Source: Branchiostoma floridae (Eukaryota). From it: a stretch of 64,000 nucleotides of DNA. The stretch lies in contig NC_136205.1 of the NCBI RefSeq assembly GCF_015852565.1, positions 3,066,707-3,130,706 of the forward strand, in the 5' to 3' direction. The position numbers were made by a program, and so were the translations under genes. The notes under the pieces are model-generated. The model worked only from the letters and a program-made list of their open reading frames with translations, had not been told where the DNA came from and did no database searches. Shown here piece after piece: positions 57,455-64,000 of the stretch. Position 1 is the first letter of the stretch. Every line of letters starts with the position of its first letter.

Positions 57455-58639
57455 GTAAGCCTTGCTTAATACACCTTCAAACATTGTCTAACAGGCTGCT
57501 TTTATTTAGCAGTAAAACTTACGGACTTTTCATATTCACTTTTGGAACAGTCCATTTTTGCATGAGTTGTGAGATGGTTAGATATGCTGTATTTGTTCGC
57601 AAATATTACCCGTCTATTTGAATATTTTTACTTGGATGTCTGATCTCCAGGAGCCCGTGGCGTCCCGATTTTAATTTTTTTTTACACTTATCAGCTCGAT
57701 GAAAAATGGACCCTTCCAGCCGAACGCCATATCAAACAAATAGAATCCCCTGTTCTATTTCGAATACTCGGTCAAAAAGAGCCCTAGTGGGATAGGAGTA
57801 GCTAAAGAAAAAATGCTATGCCTTTTTTGTTGAAGACTACACCGGCCGAGTATAGTTGTTTTGGAAGGGTGGGCGCTACATACGTAGCATTACTTTGTTC
57901 CTGGGAAGGATGCACGTGCAAAGTGTGCGTAGTAGGGGCGGGATTCTGCAGTAGCGAACTTTAATTTTTAGTAGGGTCTTATATTTTGTATATGGATACT
58001 GAAGAGGACCTTCTTTTGTTCCTGTAGGTTATAACTGTTGTGTCGGCGTGTGGTGAGGAGAAGGTCATTGGCCACAAAAGCATTGCACACTAAGTAAGTG
58101 TGCCTTTTACATCGGAGGTAAGACAGTCTAATACCCTGGGGGCCAGACAGGATCGGGTAGCTAGCAATTTTTGTTCGGGGACCCAAAGCAGTCAGCCCGC
58201 CGATCTCACATAAGCGCTCCGGGGAGTTCAGCCGGAAGGAGTTATCGCTACGGAAATGGGCAGGTGGACATTCTTCGGGCTTAAACTCCCCGGAGCGCTG
58301 TTAGGAGATCGGCGGGCTGACTGTCTTGGGCCACCGAATGAACTGCCCAAGCTGCCCGATCCCGGCTGGCCCGTTGGGTACAGTCTAACCGAGCAGTTTG
58401 CAAACTGACATGATACCGGGTACCATTTGCTTCGGTGCCCGCAAGGAGCCCTGATGCCACAAAATGTTCCGGTGGACTGCCGGAGTGACTGGGAGGAGGT
58501 ACCTCTCGGTACTATTATGTTTATTGCAAATTCTTGCAGTAGAAAAGTAGTTGAAAGTTCTATGCACTATTTTCCCATGTTGAAATGTTTTGATTCTGTA
58601 ATACATTCATTCTTTTATTTTTCCTTTTTTTTCTCACAG

Positions 58640-58738
58640 GGTGTTTACGCGATGCACCCATCAGTGTACTACCGTTTGGAACTTGTGAAGAGTTGGGAGG
58701 ACCTGACCACAAAACTTATTGGTGTCAGCAATGTGTAG
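58640..58738 (+). pseudogene. Second copy of the PARP4 terminal exon (…GVYAMHPSVYYRLELVKSWEDLTTKLIGVSNV*), together with its upstream intron segment
   Basis: ttctcacag|GGTGTTTACGCGATGCACCCATCAGTGTACTACCGTTTGGAACTTGTGAAGAGTTGGGAGGACCTGACCACAAAACTTATTGGTGTCAGCAATGTGTAG is about 90% identical to 52354-52452. The upstream intron sequence is also duplicated. Confidence 0.7.
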
Positions 58739-60017
58739 TAGTCACGTTGTTTTCAGTTCATCTTCCTCTCATGGTTTAATTTTACACATTTTACAATTTC
58801 AACAAATTTACACAGACATTCCTATATGCAACAACATTAGAAGATATACCAATACAAAAACGAGAAGTCACAAATATAAGCGCATCAAATGTACATAAAA
58901 GAAGTCTTACATAGACATACCGCCATCTTAGGACATTTATATAGTCACAAAACAGCAGATGTCGTCATTCTTACAAATACAACAGCTTTCCACATACCTA
59001 AACATGAGAACATATATCACAATACACACAAAAAAGAAGAAAATTGATGGTGGACGTGCAACATAAAAATCAAAAACAGATTCAGTGATGGACTCCAGTG
59101 ATTCCACTGTACGTTGTAGAAACTTTTGATTACCGAATAAAGCTTTGAAGAAATACAGTTTGTAACGCTATACGGTTAACAGAAAACCTTATTATCAAGG
59201 TATAGATTTAAACAACTTGGGAGCTATAGTCTAAAATAAGCTTTTTTTTCAAGTGTTGGCACCATATATGTACATTTATACTTAGGTGTGTTGAGTTTGG
59301 TTCTTGCCCTGAATTGTATGTGACCTTTTTTTAAATTTGAAAAGATGAAGCAAGACCAGAAAACCAAAACATTAACTTAGTTTTGCCTAAAATGTACAAA
59401 ACAGGAACTAGAATATATTTTACACATATCGAATAGCTATGCAACTTGGGTGTATATGTATATGAAAAATGATTATTCTTCAATGTTTTTTTAATGGAAA
59501 CTTAAGTTTCACTGCCTTTGATCTACTTATATCTAATGATATCACTAATTTGAATTTCTCATTTGTACTGAAATATAGGCTTGGTGTATTGTGCGTGTAT
59601 GAAAGTTTAAAAGATGTTCTCTTAAACCTTAATATATCTTAATGGCTCAGACTTCAAGAAAATGACTTAGGTTCCTGCCCTGAGTTGCTTTCCTCCACAT
59701 CTACCCACACTGTATTTACTCCCTCATTTTGAACAATTCCTTTCCAGTTGTAACATTCATCTAGACTAACGTTTTGAACACCTAAATAAACCATCACCAA
59801 CACTCTTTAGTTTATTTACACTAATTTTAACTCTGTAAAGATTGTTAGATAGACTTACATTGCTTTCCATGGTCATATGTAAATCATCATTGGGTTTTTA
59901 GCACTTTTATGTACACTATGTAGACTAAAGCAAGCTTATACTGGGCATTTTTCTTCTGTATTCCATTGTCCATCTTGGAATATGGAACTGGCCAGTAGAC
60001 CGATCCTCACAACTGCT

Positions 60018-61244
60018 TTAAAGTCCAAATACGTGTAGGAAGTTTTTATTCGATTCCTCCCAGTACTTCGAATCCAGCAGTTTCTGCTTGAGCCGTTGAG
60101 CAACCTTGAACTCCGTGCTTCTATTCTTCAATATCTGCACAATGCGCGTTTTTAGCCTTGCCACGTCTTCGTGGTCATCGCCACTGATCTCCACAATCGG
60201 GTGCGTGAAATCCAAGTCACCGTCAATCTTATATTGGGCCTTCAAGAACTCTGCAAGCCCCGACTTGCTGGAAACGACCGTAGGGACACCCGCAGCGATG
60301 GCCTCGAGGCCAACCAGTCCGAATGGCTCTGCACGTGACGGCATCAGAACAACATCTGCCCTTCCCATCTCTTCGCACAGCTCTTCCTGTGTGCAATACT
60401 CCAGAGGGGTGAAGGGAACAAACTCAAATTTACCTTTGTTGGCGTTGATGATCTCCTGTGTTTTTTCAAAATCCCCTTTCTTGATGCCACACAGTCGCCA
60501 CTTCGTGTTGGGTAGTTCCTCGATCACATCTCCCATGCTCCGTGCTGAAAGATCGTAGCCTTTCAACCTCTCCACACCCTTGACCCTACCGATGGACAGC
60601 ACCACTCTTGTGTCGGTCTCCGCGGGTGGTTCCATATTGGCCTTGCTGAATATGTCGGACGGTTTAGGCAAAAACTGGATCCGTTTTAGTTGTTTGACTT
60701 GCTTTGTCTGATGCGTGTAGTAGTCGTGCAACCTTGGACCTACTGAGACGACAACACTTGCATCTTTAAGGTCATCCAGAATGCTCGCATGCTCCTTTGC
60801 TATCTCCTGCACTCTCTCTGTACTTTTGTAGTGGCTCGTGTTTTCAGGGATGACGTGTGTGACTTGGGCGAGTTTGGCGTCAGGAAGGCGGTCCTCCTTG
60901 ATTCGTTTTGCTGCGCGGCTTGTGATGTTAACGTGACCGACGATGAAGTCTACATCTTCCGGTAAGTGTGGATAATAAGTCAGATGTTGCCGGGTCAGCC
61001 ACTTAAGGTTTGGGGTTTCGTCGTCATCTTCGGTTCTTGGAAAGATCAGCTGAACCCCATCAGCAGCTGCATCATCCTTGTCCTTCTGGTTGGCCTGTAA
61101 GACTGTGCTGTAGACCTTTGCCCCTTTCAAAGCCAGAAAGCGCGCCGTCTGGCGGTGGATAGTGGATATGCCCCCTTTGGAGGTCCCATACTCATCGTTG
61201 AGCATCAACACCACGGGCTTTCCCCCTTTAAACAGCAAATGCAC
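60018..61244 (-). CDS. Intronless 408-codon GT-B fold, family GT4-like glycosyltransferase ORF (E-x7-E motif EPFGLVGLEAIAAGVPTV). It has no ATG at its N-terminus, so it is possibly a terminal exon.
   Basis: The uninterrupted ORF has N-terminal PVVLMLNDEYGTSKGGISTIHRQTARFLALKGAKV (Gly-rich loop) and C-terminal VVLMPSRAEPFGLVGLEAIAAGVPTVVSSKSGLAEFL. Its first codon in the track is GTG. An AG acceptor (…tttgctgtttaaag|GGGGAAAGCCC) lies 18 nt into the ORF. Confidence 0.7.
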   Translation of the reverse strand: MHLLFKGGKPVVLMLNDEYGTSKGGISTIHRQTARFLALKGAKVYSTVLQANQKDKDDAAADGVQLIFPRTEDDDETPNLKWLTRQHLTYYPHLPEDVDFIVGHVNITSRAAKRIKEDRLPDAKLAQVTHVIPENTSHYKSTERVQEIAKEHASILDDLKDASVVVSVGPRLHDYYTHQTKQVKQLKRIQFLPKPSDIFSKANMEPPAETDTRVVLSIGRVKGVERLKGYDLSARSMGDVIEELPNTKWRLCGIKKGDFEKTQEIINANKGKFEFVPFTPLEYCTQEELCEEMGRADVVLMPSRAEPFGLVGLEAIAAGVPTVVSSKSGLAEFLKAQYKIDGDLDFTHPIVEISGDDHEDVARLKTRIVQILKNRSTEFKVAQRLKQKLLDSKYWEESNKNFLHVFGL

Positions 61245-61799
61245 ATAGTTTTTTCAAAGTTGCAGATAGACTGTTGATATCATTAAAAGTAGTAAAATAT
61301 GATTGCATGATCTTGGGCCTCCATCCATAGCTAAAGATATAGTTAAAGGTGTTGATATTTTAGGATGTACACTTAGCTATTGTCCTCGTGTTCGATACAA
61401 GTGCAGCATTTTGTCGATTAGGTTATACCTGGCAACTTCCTCATCATTTTCAGTTTTTCTAAGGTAGCACAACGTACAATTATATGCATTCAGTTCACTT
61501 TAGGAAATAAAACATGTGAGCCAGATTTGCCTTGTCCACTTCTGTACACTTCGGGGCTACCTGTGTGTTAGCTGGTCTCAGTTTTCTGTCCAAACAATGC
61601 TGCAGTGTAATGCACAATGTAGATCCTGTATGCTCGACGTATGGGGCAATTGACTTGTTTTTGTTTTTTTAAACATGGTACTGGTACTGTTATAATGCAG
61701 CAAAGTACTAGTACTATTTTAATGACCCAATTTACAGCTGTCGTCCACAAGTCCCATAGACTTTTGTTGCTTTGGACTGGAAAATGTATAAATCCTCAC

Positions 61800-61892
61800 C
61801 TTCTTTCCGAGAGGCAGGTGCTGTTGCCCCTGCCGGGCCACTATGGAGATTGGTGTTAGAATCGTCTGGCTCAGCACCCATCTCAGGTACAC
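61800..61892 (-). CDS. Low-complexity linker exon of the ZU5 gene (VPEMGAEPDDSNTNLHSGPAGATAPASRKE). It ends in phase 1.
   Basis: aactacag|…GAAG|gtgagg. It resembles the previous exon, and the intron just downstream of each (plus-strand coordinates) carries the same catagacttttgttgctttggactgg motif. This is a local exon-intron duplication. Confidence 0.45.
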
Positions 61893-62045
61893 CTGTAGTT
61901 TAAGGGTCAAATAGTTGATGTAATATCGAGTGCTTTATTTCAAAGTCTAAAGACTTTATACAAATGAAACATAATCAGAACCATATACGTGTATTTGGAT
62001 ATATGCGTATTTGGTAAAATGAAATGAAATGAAATGGATTCTCAC

Positions 62046-62135
62046 CTGGGTTACTGGTTTCAGTTGGTACATGGCCAGACCCAACTTTATTTGGGGATGT
62101 CTCAGGACGGTGGTCATTGGTCCGGTTACCATTAC
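62046..62135 (-). CDS. Low-complexity linker exon of the ZU5 gene (GNGNRTNDHRPETSPNKVGSGHVPTETSNP)
   Basis: ttggtag|…|gtgaga, 90 nt. Confidence 0.45.
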
Positions 62136-62549
62136 CTACCAAGCACGAAGAAAAACAACATAGCAATTAGACCCGGTGATATGTTAAGACGTATATGAAG
62201 ATATAACTTCAGGTGTGCAAAAGTCAAAATATAACCAAATTAAAGGCCCTCGTCAGTAATTCTCATAGACTTTCGTTGCCTTGGACTGGTAAATTATATA
62301 CTGTACGTGGTTTCTATTTATTCGGAATTAGCCTCTCAAAGTGTCGCAGAATTCCATAAAACTACATCTAGATCACTTATTTGACATCTGAACAAAATCA
62401 AAGCAACAGTACCATTGTTAAATAACAATTATAACAATTCGGCATAACAATTACAAAAATTCGGCATCACAGAATGAAGGGACATTTTGTATTCCTAGAC
62501 TTTTATAGAAATAATTACATGACTTTTGCAAAGAGAAAAATGTACTCAC

Positions 62550-62580
62550 TAGAAGTGTTAGGAATTCGATCTTGGCGTTC
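62550..62580 (-). CDS. 31-nt micro-exon of the ZU5 gene (ERQDRIPNTS)
   Basis: tctttcag|GAACGCCAAGATCGAATTCCTAACACTTCTAG|gtgagta. Confidence 0.35.
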
Positions 62581-62825
62581 CTGAAAGAGAAAAAAAGCAC
62601 GCCGGGAACTTTATTTTGGGGACATCGCAATACCATAATAATGGCTAATTGTAGCATGATGATCTACTAAATCGTACATCAAGTAGACGTGTTTGATATT
62701 ACACCATAATATTTGGTCATATGATTCTAAAGCTACATTTTGTTTGTACTATGGTTTTAATCCGGTATTTGGGTAAGCTTTGCTTTAGAATAAAGCATTT
62801 TCGGTTATATCTTAGACGCTCTTAC

Positions 62826-63742
62826 CTCCCGAAACGTGAACCTGCATACAACCCGAGGTTCTTGCTCTTGAATAGTTGTGATGATGACTTCACCCTTAAG
62901 ATGTTTTCCGTTCGGCCTATCCAGGAGCATTTGAACAGTCTGTCCGTGCTCTTCGCGACAGAGCTGGGCACATAGCTCTATTGTCTGAGATTCTTTTTGG
63001 CCTTCTTTGATACTGACAACAACTTCAATATCATTCCTTTGAAACAGATCGAACATTGCTTTGTTGCTTCCACACATGGTGAAGCCAGGAAGGTAATAAT
63101 CTTTTTCAACACTCTTGTCCCTACACACAACATGGAAATCTACGTCTACTTCATGTGGCTTGATGTGTGCGGAAAACCGACAATTTAAAGTTCTTAACGA
63201 CAGAACGTATGCCATGCTCTGTCCTACATGTACACCCGTTTCAATTTGCTGCAGCTGCTGCTCGGTCCACAGCACACACAGGGGACAGAAGGCTTGCAGA
63301 GATATGGACAGTTTGTCCGGATGTATCTGATGTGGGGTTGAAGCTGTGATATCTGCCCAGCCATGTCCATCGAAATGCTTCAGCAGAACACATTCCATGC
63401 CTTCAGTACCCGGAGGTCTCCATGTCTCTAGCTCAATTGGTCCACTCAGCTGTGCGCCGTGTAGGTTGACATCGACAGCCGGGGAGAACAGCACCTGATC
63501 CAGCAGCTCGCGTGGACAGGCCTCCTCACATAGAGACCAAGGGTAGCCAGAGATCCAGCTGAAGCCTTCGTCACCTCTCAAAATATCGGGAATGTCTACA
63601 GTAGAAACTGTAATTGTTGTGTCTCTCTGAAGGACGCCTGATGGCACACAAAGTTTGGCAAAACCGGAAATCTCAATCTCCCCACCCGATGGTCCTACAA
63701 ACGCCTTTGCAGTCTTTGTGTGATGTAGCTCTTGCAGTATTC
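62826..63742 (-). CDS. Large exon encoding a ZU5 domain followed by a UPA-like region (UNC5/PIDD/ankyrin-type)
   Basis: ttttag|GILQELHHTKTAKAFVGPSGGEIEISGFAKLCVPSGVLQRDTTITVSTVD…LFSPAVDVNLHGAQLSGPIELETW… has the ZU5 consensus (A-x-F-D-x-x-GG-x-L…G-V-x-L-x-IP-x-GA…SP-x-V-x-x-GP-x-G-x-x-F-x-x-P-V-E-L). The donor is G|gtaaga at 62825. Confidence 0.65.
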
Positions 63743-64000
63743 CTAAAATAAGTCAAAGGCATATTAGATTTGATACGTGCAAAATACAAATTTTGTTCAA
63801 ATATGTTTTACGTAAATCACCTGGCTGTCTTTCCAGTGCATAATACAGTTTGAAAGGAAAGTAATCTAGGGCGAGAAAAAACAGTACATTGGTTGTAGAA
63901 AAAAGTATGCTATACTCGATTCGAATTCTCTGTTGCGTACACACGCTCTGCTTGCAGTAAGAACTTGGTGTGTGTTGATGAAATTCAAACAAACCTGCAA

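Noticed and set aside
58020-58095. Acceptor-flanked segment (…VITVVSACGEEKVIGHKSIAH) before the duplicated terminal exon, as a possible exon of the 3' duplicate
   Set aside because: Every frame hits a stop before the first possible donor (gtaagtg at 58095). It has no counterpart in the primary PARP4 copy.
60018-61244. The possibility that the glycosyltransferase ORF is bacterial contamination
   Set aside because: It is flanked on both sides within the same contig by eukaryotic MITEs, microsatellites and spliced exons. Its composition is similar to the neighbouring exons. Ancient HGT cannot be excluded, but contamination is unlikely.
1-64000. The prokaryotic operon or defence-system interpretation suggested by the task framing
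   Set aside because: Coding is split into short phase-conserved exons with GT-AG borders. There are vertebrate-like PARP4 colinearity, SINEs, LINEs, DNA-transposon MITEs and microsatellites, and no Shine-Dalgarno or operon organisation.

Overview
This window is eukaryotic (metazoan, most likely invertebrate) genomic DNA, not prokaryotic. It has canonical GT-AG introns, phase-1 EGF exons, a tRNA-derived SINE, MITEs, piggyBac-like, mariner and LINE fragments, and microsatellites and minisatellites.

There are three gene regions:
1. Minus strand, about 664-12985 and running out of the window at its 5' end. This is a large type-I transmembrane protein gene built from about 18 one-domain EGF-like exons, many of them calcium-binding with the DIDEC-SPCQNGG-C motif, arranged as near-identical tandem exon-intron units. 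Two Ig-like exons and one N-terminal extracellular exon lie upstream, and a terminal exon carries the TM helix and cytoplasmic tail.
2. Plus strand, 21542-52452. This is a complete vault-PARP (PARP4) orthologue of about 37 exons: BRCT, PARP catalytic, VIT, vWA and the C-terminal MVP-binding region.
   - The exons align colinearly with human PARP4 and are phase-consistent.
   - There is a lineage-specific 2.35 kb low-complexity exon containing RNA-Pol-II-CTD-like heptads, FG repeats, polyQ, an FH1-like polyproline run and a basic tail.
   - There is an exon ending in a ribosomal-P-stalk-like EEEMGFGLFDD motif.
   - An intact 14-3-3 C-terminal-half ORF is embedded between PARP4 exons.
   - Several local tandem duplications create decoy exons or splice sites, and a partial duplicate of the 3' exons lies about 6 kb downstream.
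3. Minus strand, 60018-63742 and beyond. A ZU5-UPA domain exon plus small exons sit upstream of a 408-codon intronless GT4/GT-B glycosyltransferase ORF. That ORF has no ATG at its N-terminus and can be joined in phase to the ZU5 gene.

The intergenic and intronic space is dense with non-autonomous DNA transposons. One hAT-like MITE has a target-site duplication that copies a PARP4 splice donor.

All coordinates were derived by hand from the sequence, so exon ends may be off by a few bp.
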